Below the pieces are notes generated by a model. The model was given only the letters and a program-made list of their open reading frames with translations, ran no database searches and was not told the origin of the DNA. A stretch of 64,000 nt of DNA from Octopus sinensis (taxonomy: Eukaryota), in contig NC_043012.1 of assembly GCF_006345805.1 (NCBI RefSeq), forward strand, positions 434,001 to 498,000. The letters run 5' to 3'. Shown here one piece after another: positions 1 through 12,390 of the stretch. Each line of letters starts with the position of its first letter. Position 1 is the stretch's first letter. The position numbers were made by a program, and so were the translations under genes.

Positions 1-586
1 TCTGACCTAAAGATGACGCACCTAAATGCACACACCTAATTACAACATTTTAAAAACTTGCTGCAACTCAGCTATATCCCCCACACATCTAAAACAATCA
101 GTTGAAATCTCTCTTTTGTATTCAACTAAGATAAACAACGTCCATCTATAGCTGACATATCTAAGTAAACACAACTGATTACAACGTTGTACATACTTGA
201 ATGAATACTGAATAAAAACATAGCTCCAAGGTTAACCAACGAAATTCTTCCATATTATCTTTACCCCAGAAGCTATCCGACATCATAATTATACAACAGA
301 TTTCCACTTATCCTAGAACATTAAAACATACAAGAGATTATATATAAGCCAAGAAGAGCTCAAATGTAAAACTGTCCGATAAAGATAGAACAGGCTTGGA
401 CATTGAAGTCACTATCAACGCTATTATTGTTTTGAAGAATGAATATGCACTCTACAAATCATACCTTGTAATACTTAAGGTTTAATGTAAAACCTCGAGT
501 GCAGAACAAGCATTAGTACGAGTGTCTGTATGTATATATATATACATATATATACACATGTGTGTGTATGCATATATATATTTATA

Positions 587-1365
587 CAGGGGTTGAACAA
601 AATAATGGAAACACCTTAACATTTTAAACAAATTTATTTTAATATGGAGTATGACTGTCTTTGGTAGTAATTACAGTTTGAATTCTAAAAGGTATGGACT
701 CGTGCAAGTTTGAATTGTTTCCAAAGGAATATTTGTCCTTTCTTCAGCTAACACTGTCTCCAGTTCTTGTAGTGATGATGGTGGAAGATATCGACTCCTT
801 ACTTGTTTTCCTGAAATGCACCATAAATGTTCAATAATATTGAGATCTGGGGACTGTGGTGGCGATATAAGATGTTAAACTTCACTGGAATGTTCCTAGT
901 GTCATTCAGTAACAATTTTAGCTGTGTGAAGTGGTCCATTACCATCCTGAAAGATTGCGTATCTCTCTGCAAACATAGAATGAATTTGATTAGATAAAAT
1001 GTTTAAATAGTCTTGACTATTAATTCTGCCATAAAGGGAAACCATTGAACCGGCGGATTTCCAAGATCATCACAGATCCTCCTTCATGTTTAACAGTTGG
1101 AAGAAGGCAGTCTGGGTCAAATGCTTCTTTTCGCTGTCTCCCCAGGTATACTCGGTCGGTGGTCGGAAACAAGGTAAAGGATAACTCGTCCGAGAAAATA
1201 ACATTCTTCCACTGCTCTCGGGACCAATTCTGTATTTTTTCACTCTACTCTAAATATTTTGCAACGTTTGTTTTTGAAAGAAGTGGTTTTCTGATTGATG
1301 CCCTCCCGTGAATTCCGTTTTAGTGCAGCTCCCGAGGAACAGTTTCTGTGAAAACTGTGTTCTAG
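587..1365 (-). mobile_element. Tc1-like DNA transposon remnant (right end plus decayed transposase, DD36E spacing)
   Basis: TA+CAGGGGTTGAACAAAATAATGGAAACACC TIR-like end at 585-616. Minus-strand translation gives WKNVIFSDE, AIFQDGNGPLHTAK and PPQSPDLNIIEHLW, with in-frame stops. Confidence 0.9.
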
Positions 1366-1366
1366 A

Positions 1367-1690
1367 AGCCTTGTGAGTGGATTTGGTAGATGAAAACTGA
1401 AAGAATTTCGTCGTATATATGTATATATATATATATATATAATATATATATATATAATATATATATATATATGGGGGGAGGGGTGTGGGGGGTATTGTGT
1501 GTGTGTTTGTATGTCTTCACAATCGATGCTGGTGTGTTTACGTCCCCGTAACTTAGCGGTTCGGCAAAATGAGACCGATAGAATAAGTACTAGGCTTACA
1601 AAGAATAAGTCCTGGGGTTGATTTGCTCGACTAAAGGCGGTGCTCCAACATGGCCGCAGTCAAATGACTGAAACAAGTAAAAGAATCAAA
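1367..1690 (+). mobile_element. SINE family A, 5'-truncated
   Basis: Matches the body and tail of ~10 other copies in the window (…gtaacttagcggttcggcaaaa…ggcggtgctccagcatggccgcagtcaaatgactgaaacaagtaaaaga). Confidence 0.9.
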
Positions 1691-2014
1691 GAATAATGGA
1701 CTAAGCTATGCACCTTCAATTTAGACGTACAGTGTCACAAAGTATAACAAAGTCACGCCTTTTAAACTTGGCTTCATAAATTAACTCTCGTAAGTAGAAC
1801 TTCTACAAACTCGTGTAATCAAAAGTATAGAAAGTCAACCATGGAAGTATAATTAATATGTTCAAAATTTGTATTAGGAATCTGCAGTTGGGTGAGACAA
1901 GAAACAAATCAGAATGTGGCAGTATAATGTCGAATGCCGATTCCGGTTTGTAGGTGATGTTTCTTTAGTCTTCTGCATCGATTCACACGAAGTTTTTGAC
2001 AACATATTTTATAG

Positions 2015-2207
2015 CTTTCTCTCGTAACTATTGCTTGCCTTCTATGTCAAGTTGATGGAAGTCTATCGTCGATAAATAGTGGTACTTATATACTCACACT
2101 CACACACATACATATAGATGTTTATATATGTACCACTATATATCGACGATAAACTTCAGTCGACTTCAATGAAGAAAGATATTTTGAATTTATAATTACG
2201 AGACAAA
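2015..2207. mobile_element. Short inverted-repeat (MITE-like) element
   Basis: 2049-2085 and 2130-2166 are imperfect reverse complements (about 32/37). Outer pair is tctcgtaactat/ataattacgaga, with a microsatellite spacer. Confidence 0.55.
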
Positions 2208-2438
2208 CAACTAATATAAAGTTATATATTGTGAGTACTTTCTTTTAGAATTTTTCCAACACGCGACTTAAACTGCAGATATTGAGACGCTTTTTCGCCC
2301 ACAATTTAATAACCTTTAAGTTTCTCCAAATTGTCTTACTATATCAAGAATTCCTTGCAAAAACTCTTTTCCAGACACACCCGTACGCACACACCTGCAC
2401 ACACGCACACACACACACAAACGCATATATATATACAC

Positions 2439-2994
2439 GGTTACTAAAGCTAGTAGTAGTCGACGTGACCGTCCGGTTGAAGCGGGGAGATGCCTCGAAA
2501 CAGGCATCTCTTAAGAAAGTGCACAAATATCGACCGCTCATACCATTGCTTTTGGAGGAGTTTGACCGGCCGGTAGAGGTGCATGGACTCCCAATCGGTG
2601 CCTGTGGTGCCTGGTGCCGGCCTGCGAGTGCGGCGCTAGATGCCTTGGGTATTAAGGATAAGTCATTCCGAAGACTACTCAGCAAGACGGCCATGATCCA
2701 GACATACAATATTCTGAGAGATTAGCTCCCAGTATGGGGATCTTGCGGGCAGGATCCCTGTGTGAAGACTAGGCATATTAAAAAATCAGAAAAAATACAA
2801 TAATGACAAATAAACTGGATTTGACAAATAGGTGGTTCATATGTTCCTTTGGCAGAGCAGTGGGAGTCTCCCCAGGACTGACTTTTCTGTAGTGCCTACG
2901 TTCGTCCGTGTCGCTAATGACGGGGCATGAGTGGGACTACCCAATATAATCAAAGGGAAAGAGTTGGCAAAGTCAATACTCAGAGTATCCAAGG
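2439..2994 (+). mobile_element. 5'-truncated R2-like non-LTR retrotransposon (RLE C-terminus plus 3' UTR)
   Basis: VVDVTVR…K..KY…VEVHGLPIGACGAW…LDALG in ORF 2282-2725 resembles the R2-clade restriction-like endonuclease C-terminus. Flanked by (AC)n. Confidence 0.75.
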
Positions 2995-3236
2995 ACACAC
3001 ACACACACATACACACACGCATATATATATATATATATATATAAGTAGTTGAATGAATTATCTTAGTATGGATAATTCGGTTAACCGATACCTGGGTAGC
3101 AAATTCACGTCAGAAAAACACGGTTGAAGCTACATGCCTTATTCCTTCGAAATTAGGAATATACAGCTTTCGAAACATATGTCGAGAATAAAGGAATTTT
3201 GTTAAATCGTCGTTCAACTCCATTCTTCATATATAT

Positions 3237-3280
<44 letters not shown>

Positions 3281-3399
3281 TATACATACGGTTAGTAAAA
3301 ACTAAGCGAAACATTGCTGGCGCACTGAGTATATTTAGAGCGGATTAGCGAATTTCTTAAGCGGACGTTGACAGACTTAATCGTCAGAAGCAAATGATG

Positions 3400-4700
3400 G
3401 TTTGCTATGAGTGATTGGAGCGGAATCAAATAAATTTATTAGGAGCGTAACGCTAAAAGGAGAAATAATATAAGGCATCTTAGAATCTTACAAACTTAGA
3501 AGAGGTTCATAGGAAAGGCATCGCAGCTGGAGTGTTCGTGGTGAGATGGGCCCCCGACCAATACTTCAGCGCATTGCACAGAGGTTGCATTGTCAGAGGT
3601 AAGGTACGTATTTTAAGACGCCTCAGAGGCTCAAGTGACGGAGGCACAAAATGGAAAAGATCCCTAATTCAGTCTTTTGCGGACCATAATCCGAGCATGT
3701 TACTTGAACCCGAAAAGACATGTACCGTATTTCAGAAGCACTTCCAGCGATTGTTTTGAACCGGAACGTAGGATGGACTTTAATGCTTACCTGGAAGGTC
3801 TTACTGCGCATCTCGGCAAGGGAGGCTGAGTGTTGCAAAAAGCTAATAACATTTGCGAAGATAAGAAAAGTGATGATTTATTGTACGTTCAAATCGTCTG
3901 GATTGTGTACCCTGCGACCATTATTTTTGAATACGTGGACTATTTGGAGGCATGTCACATAAAAATATTAATCACAACTTACAGCTGCACGGGATTATTC
4001 CTAGTCCTTTTAGTCGACGATCGGTGGAACTGCTGAGAAAGTACCCAAACAAAGGGGGAACACATATATATCATTAGGCGCATAAAGTGGCTAAAAGCAG
4101 ATTACAAATCTGTGACTGAGGTGTTATCGAACATGCTGGTACTTATCGAGGGATCGCTTGGTGATACTCAAACATGTGCCGTTTCAAGCAGAATAATCTA
4201 GGGCATCCCCCACCACATGCGATATATCATAGAGCGAGGGTGAGTGAAGAAAGTAGAATGGGTAGGACCAAGATGATTTTGGATTAATCACAAGCCTTCG
4301 GTAACTTCAACCACTAACGCTTGACGGCTATTCTCAGAGTCGCAGCTGGATTGCAACATTGTATCCAGATGTCTACCTGCACAGTAGTTCAAATGACAGG
4401 TTACCTATCGGGACATTCAGCATCAGGCGCTAGGTCCTCCAAAGTTTGTCTTTCTCGTCTCTTCTGTATGTACTTACTCTAGAGTCAATAACGTCGGAAA
4501 CTGGAGACGTCGAGGGACATATCTTGCGAACTAGGACGTGGAGAACCGTGTCGGCATATGCGGAAGATGTTACCGTCATAATGTAGGACACCAAGCACAT
4601 AGACCTGATCGGCACTGCTGTAATGGAACAAGAAGTGGTGACAGGGGTGAAAAACATTGAAGTAAAGTCAGTTGACCTGGAGATCGAGGGAGGGTCTGGT
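3400..4700 (+). mobile_element. Decayed Tx1/L1-clade LINE reverse transcriptase
   Basis: Frameshifted motifs in RT order: KWLKADYKSVTEVLSN (cf. LLNxDYKIL), QTCAVSSRI, LLYVLTLES, SAYAEDVTV (YADD) at about 4554-4574. Confidence 0.75.
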
Positions 4701-4863
4701 TAAATTACATGTTAAATCACACATTTTGAAATTTTTGTTACATTTTTGCTTACTCGCCCTCATAAAACCCCACAACATATTGTATAATATATTTTATTGC
4801 ATAGGCCTGTACCGCCTTCCACTTTCTCTATTAGTATTATTAATATCTTTATTTTTTTTTCTA

Positions 4864-5078
4864 AGGCGGTGAGCGTGAAGAGTAGTTAACGCGCCGGACA
4901 AAGTAGTTACGGTTATTACGTCCGTCTATACGCTTTGAATTGAAAGTCACCGGAGGTCGACTCCCCCCTTCATTCTTTAGGGGTCGATAAAACGAGTACA
5001 GGTTGAACACAACGCTGGGGTCGATGTAATCAACTTACCTTCTGCCCCAAATTTGCTGACATCGTGTCAAACATTTGA
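4864..5078 (+). mobile_element. SINE family C (MetaSINE-like), degenerate
   Basis: ggcggtgagc head and gaggtcgact…ttcattctttaggggtcgataaa core shared with the other C copies. Confidence 0.75.
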
Positions 5079-5629
5079 ATATTATAACGCCTTATTGCCT
5101 GGCATATAATTTTAATTTAAATGGTAAAGAGGAGTTACCCACAGGCAAGAAAATGAAATATTAATGAAGAAGACTATTTGTGGGGTGACAGCCGACAGAA
5201 ACAATTTCAGAAATATGAAACAAAGAGGTACGAAGATCATAGAAAATGGCTCAGAAGTTGACAGAGCATAAACGGAATTATTTTTGTGAATTTAAAGGAT
5301 TTTAACTGGAATTTGATTTCTAAGTAATTACCATTTGTTATTGATAATAGTATAAATGTGTCGAAAGAGGAGAATGATGAAGGCATCGGAGTAGATATGT
5401 TGCAGCATTTTACCTGTCCTTTGCGTCTCGCCGATGTCAGCTTTGCATTTCCTCCCTCCGGAGTCTTATATATTAAAGTACATATGAAGTACTGCAGACG
5501 ATAGTAAACCATTTAACTGCCTAACTTAACTATTAAAAGTAAACGTCTATCGTAACTTGTAAAAGCATCTGCGCCTACTCTACTCGGATTACAAGTACAG
5601 AATTACACCAATAATTATTGGGGCACAAG

Positions 5630-5730
5630 AATAAGCAAATATTGTTGAAATCCAAAGAAGGAGACTTGGATCTAGGTTAGAAACCGGCTGTTTCTCCATT
5701 GGCAAGATATCTAGAAATAAAACTGAATAA
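5630..5730 (+). mobile_element. Isolated 3' UTR of the (CATA)n-associated RLE retroelement
   Basis: gatctaggttagaaaccggctgtttctccattggcaagatatctagaaataaaactgaataa matches the reverse complement of 35467-35550. Followed by ACAT-like repeat. Confidence 0.65.
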
Positions 5731-6565
5731 TTACATATACACGCATATAAATGTGTGCGTGAGTGTGAGTGCACATGGAATATATATTTATATAGTTTAA
5801 AATCTGTGTATGAATGCATGGATGTGCGTATGTATGTTTATAAATGTAGGTGTGAGTGTGTGAGAATCTGGGAATCAATTAGAGATTCGTTTTAGTGAGA
5901 GGAGAAGAATGGGATTTACAACGAAAATATATGCAGAATGGGTAACAAGTAATGGCTAATGCGAAGAGACATTTCAAAATGTAAGAACTCTACTCATCCA
6001 TATATATATGCATATATACATATGTGCATATGTGTGGTTTGAGTGTTCATACATACATACATACAGAGAAACATACACACACACTCACACACATACACAC
6101 TCACACATACACTCTCACACGTAAACACACATACATACATACTCACGCATACAGACACACAAACACACACATGAATGTAAGCTTATATATCTATATATAT
6201 ATATATATATATTCTACGAACATATGGCGTCTCTGGATGTCAGACGTCCATTGAAATATCTACGATCACGTGATGACTTCGTCAGTGTAAATCTTGTGTG
6301 TCTCTGTGTGTGTATGTTTGTATATATCTGCGTGTGTCTGTGTGTTTATGCGTTACGGGTCATTTACAGCGCTACGTCGATCCCTGGGATACACGGAAGC
6401 AGCTGGAATGTCAAGTGTATTGATATATTAAATTTTTTATATAAAAAAAATGTGTGAGTTTCCTCAAACTACCGGAATCGAAATTAAAATTAAATTTAAA
6501 ATTTACTTAAAGAAATTAGCTATTAAAATGATTATGTGAACAAATGTTTAGTAATTATACTGAAA

Positions 6566-6729
6566 CACACAGACAGACACACAGACAGACACACAGACAC
6601 ACACAGACACACAGACACACAGACACACACAGACACACAGACACACACAGACACACAGACACAGACACACACACAGACACACAGACACAGACACACAGAC
6701 ACACACAGACACACAGACACAGACACACA

Positions 6730-6772
<43 letters not shown>

Positions 6773-7059
6773 ACACAGACACAGACACAGACACACAGAC
6801 ACACACACACACAGACACAGACACACAGACACACACAGACACACAGACACAGACACACAGACACACACAGACATACAGACACACACACACACAGACACAC
6901 AGACACCACAGACACACACACACACAGACACACAGACACACAGACACACACAGACACAGACACACAGACACACACACACACACAGACACAGACACACAGA
7001 CACACACAGACACACAGACACACACAGACACACAGACACAGACACACAGACACACACAG

Positions 7060-7091
<32 letters not shown>

Positions 7092-7147
7092 ACAGACACA
7101 CAGACACACACACACACACACACACACACACCACACACACACACACA
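6566..7147. repeat. Compound (AC)n/ACAG microsatellite
   Basis: About 580 bp of acacagacac variants. Source of the HTDT/CVCV pseudo-ORFs. Confidence 0.97.
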
Positions 7148-7401
7148 TATATATATATTGTACAAAGCAATAAATAGAAAAGATCAATATAATTTTCGAA
7201 AATAAATCGTAAATGGTGATGATAAAATAAAAAGAATATATATATAAAATATATATGATTTGTTTGAAGAAGTGCGCTGAGGAAATTCCACAGTACCAGA
7301 ACATTACGAGGATAAAACTTCTTCTCGAGGCTCATAAGACAGGTTTTCCGGTTTCTTTGGCATATATATAACCGCGCTGAATGGGAAGCGAACTTTTTTT
7401 T

Positions 7402-8216
7402 TTCCCACGAGTGTTCCGGACCTAAGTAATGAACTCATTTGCATACAGCCAATCAGACTCGCCTTGACATTGTTGTCAAGTTAACAAACTCAAGACGAAG
7501 AACGGTGTTGTAAGTCGACCGATCGTCAAGTTACGCCTGATTTTAGGAGGAAACAAGTAATTAGATAGATTTGCATTTATACCTATTATCGGATTTTGCT
7601 AGGGCCCCATAGAAAGTAAACAGCAACACAAGTCACTACTCAGAAGCAGCCATGGTTGAGACACGAACAAGAACTCAAGCATTAGCAAAAGGGTAAAGAA
7701 GCATGGCCATATCTAACTCAAATAACCTTATCTTATGGCCTATAACTTGTTACGGAGGCGCAATGGCCCAGTGGTTAGGGCAGCGGACTCGCGGTCATAG
7801 GATCGCGGTTTCGATTCCCAGACCGGGCGTTGTGAGTGTTTATTGAGCGAAAACACCTAAAAGCTCCACGAGGCTCCGGCAAGGGATGGTGGTGATTCCT
7901 GCTGTACTCTTTCACCACAACTTTCTCTCACTCTTACTTCCTGTTTCTGTTGTACCTGTATTTCAAGGGGCCGGCCTTGTCACTCTCTGTGTCACGTTGA
8001 ATATCCCCGAGAACTACGTTAAGGGTGCACGTGTCTGTGGAGTGCTCAGCCACTTACACGTTAATTTCACGAGCAGGCTGTTCCGTTGATTCGGATCAGC
8101 CGGAACCCTCATCCATTCCATAACTTGTTACGTGCACATAAATCAGTTTGGTAGTTGAGCTCTGATTGGCCGTATGCAAATGAGACCATAACTTGGGTCT
8201 GGAACACACGTGGGAA
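7402..8216. mobile_element. MITE-like DNA element with ~56-bp inverted repeats, interrupted by a SINE B
   Basis: 7402-7457 ttcccacgagtgttccggacctaagtaatgaactcatttgcatacagccaatcaga is the imperfect reverse complement of 8161-8216. Confidence 0.75.
7754..8119 (+). mobile_element. SINE family B (tRNA-derived head)
   Basis: A-box-like tggcccagtgg and B-box-like ggtttcgattccc. 12-bp TSD ataacttgttac at 7742-7753 and 8120-8131. Confidence 0.95.
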
Positions 8217-8602
8217 GAAACTTTCGTGAACGGGAAAAGGACCAGTCGCAGGAATGGTCATTTTTGATAGCTGTGTGGACTGGTGCAAGTTGAAATGGAA
8301 ATATTTGGTTGAAGAACACAACACATCGCCAGACACCTCAATCTTATTCTCATATGTCCAACACCGTGACCACTAAGCAATGTGCTTTCGCGAACAGGAC
8401 ACTGAAATAGCTAATAGACTACCTTTGTATTGAGTACTGCTTTAATGGAAAGTTAAGCAACAAAAGATATCATATATAGGTATGTGTGTATCTGTGTGTA
8501 TACAAATATGTGTATAGATATATACGCATATGTATATATATATACACAAATATATACACATATATAAAGGTATATATATGTGTGTGTGTGTATATATATA
8601 TT

Positions 8603-9031
8603 GTTGCTGGCATCCATTTGTCTCTGGAGACAATGGAGTTGCGCATAAACTAATCCAGTCTGGTTTTCACATTTCATGTCCCCTCCAGTTTCCTTTCCAG
8701 TTTAGCGCAGGCCTGGGATAGATATAAGGAAATCCTGGGTAGCCCAATCGTCAGGATTCCTCTCTCGACCTGGCTGACGTAGTCCAAAGGAGTGCAGAGC
8801 ATTACGTTTGGCACCAGCTTGGTTGCAGGAGCTGCCGGAAGGGTGTCGAGTCGAACATTAAATCGCCTACGGGGCTCCACTCCGGATTACTTTGAAGGTT
8901 GTCTCCTTTTCGTAACACTGGATAAGGGCCCATACCAGGAACTGTCAGCCGGAGCCAGCTGAGCCCGGGAATCGTGTCAAGCAGGGTCGTCACTCCCTGA
9001 AGTAGGGAAGAAAATAGCTACTCACTACCTG
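8603..9031 (-). mobile_element. Probable bipartite non-autonomous RTE derivative (RTE 5' region fused to RTE 3' tail)
   Basis: Minus strand has aatccggagtggagcccc…ttccggcagctcctgcaaccaagctggtgccaaa (RTE 5'-UTR-like) and ends ccattgtctccagagacaaatggatgccagcaaca (RTE-type 3' end). No ORF. Confidence 0.65.
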
Positions 9032-9048
9032 TATATATGTATATAGCA

Positions 9049-9451
9049 GGCAGAAACGTCAGCACGCCGGGCGAAGTGCGTAGCCGTATTTCGTCTCCCG
9101 TTACGTTCTGAGTTCTAAATCCACCGAGGTCGACTTTGCCTTTCATCCTTTCGGGGTCGATAAATTAAGTACCAGCTACGCACTAGGGTCTATACATTCG
9201 ACTTAATCCGCCTCTCTGTCCTTGTTTGTCCTCTCTGTGTTTAGCCCTTTGTGTATAGTAAAGAAATAGGTACTTCGTCTGCCGCTACGTTCTGAGTTCT
9301 AATTCCGCCGAGGTCGACTTTGCTTTTTATCCATTCGGGGTCGAATAAATAAATACCAGTTACGCACTGGGGTCGATATAATCGACTTAATCCGTTTGTA
9401 TGTCCTTGTTTGTCACCTCTATGTCTAGCCCCTTGTGGGCAATAAAGAATT

Positions 9452-9455
<4 letters not shown>
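9049..9455 (+). mobile_element. SINE family C tandem dimer
   Basis: Two head-to-tail copies of gttctgagttc…gaggtcgactttgcctttcatcctttcggggtcgataaattaagtacc. Confidence 0.9.

Positions 9456-9521
<66 letters not shown>
9456..9521. repeat. (GATA)n microsatellite
   Basis: Perfect GATA run. Confidence 0.97.
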
Positions 9522-9522
<1 letters not shown>

Positions 9523-9764
9523 CCAGGAATGAGCAATCTTTTTTTCTGGAAGAAGAGATGCAAGCAGACGCGTATTATCACGTGACCTAATTGTTTGCGG
9601 TACAGCAAACTGAACCGAAAGAGTCTATTGCTTGTTTATATATGTGATAGCAGAGACACTTGTGGTATACGGATAAAGGCAAAAATATTAACACGTACGA
9701 TATATAGTGACTTAATCGTGAATATATTTAAGACTAAAATATATACATAGATATATAAATATTT

Positions 9765-9780
9765 ATATATATATACATAC

Positions 9781-9876
<96 letters not shown>

Positions 9877-10478
9877 AATATATATATATATATGTATGTA
9901 TGTATGTATATATATATATATATATATAATATATATATTATATATATATATGTATGTATATATATATATATGTAATATGTATATATATAGAGAGAGAGAC
10001 AGAAAAATAAAATTCATATACTCACATACATATGTAGATACACACATACACACACTTACGCACACTTACACGCACGTATATGTATACATACACATATATA
10101 ATAAATGCTTATATAGAAATGCATGTAAATTTTTCTCGCAACATCGCATTCTTTCATTTTTATATATTTTCATTTGTATATTTTTTTTCTTTATTTTATT
10201 TCATCTAATTGTTTTTGTTTATTTCTTATTTTGTGTAATTTTGTAGATTTTCTTTTTCTTCCTTTATTTTGTGCGTGTGTTTGTGTGTGTGTGTGTGCGT
10301 GTGTGCCTGTGTGTGTGTACGTGTGCGTGCGTGTGTGTGTGTGTGTGTGTGTATGCCTTTATTTGTTTCAGACAAAAATCGGGCGTGTGAAAAACTGCTT
10401 ATCCACCATGTATTCTTAAATAAAGAAGTAGAGAAAACAAACAAACAAATATATGTATATACACGTATATATATATAT

Positions 10479-10510
<32 letters not shown>

Positions 10511-10772
10511 ATATCTATATATATATATATATATAATATATATATATATACATATATATATACGTATATACATATATATATAAATATATACATATATATA
10601 TACATACATATGCATACATACATTTTGTGTACATATACGTACATACATATATATGTATTTATATATGATATATATGTATAACTATATCTATATGTATATA
10701 CGAGCATGCACGTATATATATATATATGTATGTATATTTGTATGTATGTATATATACTCACACACACACACG

Positions 10773-10805
<33 letters not shown>

Positions 10806-10927
10806 GGATGGAAAGAAGGAAAGAAAAAACGAAGGAAAGACATAAACACAAATCCAAGATCTGTGTTAAATCGTGTTTGTGTGTGGTAAAACAACAACAA
10901 AAACAACAGTACCAACAACAATAATTT

Positions 10928-10978
<51 letters not shown>

Positions 10979-11033
10979 TTACTACTACTACTACTACTAC
11001 TACTAAAGATACTACTGCTGCTGCTGCTGTTAT

Positions 11034-11069
<36 letters not shown>

Positions 11070-11162
11070 AACTACTATTACTACTACTACTATTACTGCT
11101 GCTGCTGCTGCTACTACTACTACTGTTGCTGCTGCTGCTACTACTGCTGTGGCTATTCTACC

Positions 11163-11196
<34 letters not shown>

Positions 11197-11551
11197 AATA
11201 TGTTAACTTGAAACGGAATGAGTTTGCATTTTGTCAGATTAAAAGTCACTCTTGGCTTTACAATCTTAAAAAAAAAGAAAACCTTTTAAAAATCAATATA
11301 CAAAAGACAGGTTTTATTCAGAGAATCTTGTGGTAGACGTGATGCACGCACACACACACGCACACACACACATATACACACGCGCACAGACACGTACGCA
11401 CACATGCACACTCACACACATACACACACTCACAAACAGGCACAGTGATATAAATACACACACTTGAAGTCATGACTTCATATATATTTGAATATATATA
11501 TATGTATATATATATATGTATATATGTATATATATATATATGTATATATAC

Positions 11552-11597
<46 letters not shown>

Positions 11598-11670
11598 GTG
11601 TGTGTGTGTGTGTCAGTTTATATATACGTATATATATATATATTATATATATATATACATATAATATATA

Positions 11671-11723
<53 letters not shown>

Positions 11724-12060
11724 TGTATATTTATATGTATATATATATATATGTTATATGTATATTATCATATCTTATATACTGAAAATGATGCCTAGAA
11801 TCCATACCAAACACGATATATTTGGTCGACGCAGCCCCGTAGCTCGAACTGCTTCCCTGGCGAACCGGCCTACTCACGCAAACTTACGAAACCGACGTCA
11901 TGTGACAGCAATAATGATGATGATGACGGTAGTGGGTGTTGGTGGTGGAAGTGATGATAATGATGATGATGATACGTATCTATATACATATACATGTGTA
12001 TACGCAGACACACACACACACACACACACATCCATATATATTACATATATGTAGGTACGT
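9765..12060. repeat. Field of (TA)n, (CA)n/(TG)n, (ACT)n/(GCT)n and (ACA)n microsatellites
   Basis: Direct reading. Trinucleotide block at 10930-11198. Confidence 0.9.
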
Positions 12061-12123
12061 GATACTTTGCTATGCAAACCCATACACACACACACACTCA
12101 CACACACATAAATACAGACATAT

Positions 12124-12344
12124 ACTCTTTACTCTTTTACTTGTTTCAGTCATTTGACTGCGGCCATGCTGGAGCACCGCCTTTAGTCGAGCAACTCGAC
12201 CCCGGGACCTATTCTTTTTGTAAGCCCAGTACTTATTCTATCGGTCTCTTTTTGCCGAACCGCTAAATGACGGGGACGTAAATAAACCAGCATCGGTTGT
12301 CAAGCAATGCTAGGGGGACAACCACAGACACACAAACACACACT

Positions 12345-12390
<46 letters not shown>

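Noticed and set aside
3045-3230. Possible Penelope-like terminus with hairpin and cgaaac
   Set aside because: Single degenerate copy with no clear catalytic core or ORF.
5380-5520. Minus-strand exon ending GGACAG|GTAAAA
   Set aside because: Donor-like site only, with no recognisable peptide or partner exon.
6532-7335. Long Cys/Val- and His/Thr-rich ORFs (200-270 aa)
   Set aside because: Translations of an AC/ACAG microsatellite that is open in most frames.
7754-7830. tRNA gene (also the heads of other A and B copies)
   Set aside because: tRNA-like A/B boxes continue into a multicopy SINE body with TSDs, and I see no complete acceptor stem.
7886-8089. Recurrent ORFs MVVIPAVLFHH… and MSSNARG…/…YDGLLSVSVYQIHSQG as a multigene family
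   Set aside because: They are incidental frames within SINE B and SINE A copies and vary by frameshifts.
10866-11249. Mucin-like poly-Thr ORF
   Set aside because: Pure (ACT)n/(GCT)n/(ACA)n repeat with no codon variation and no splice context.
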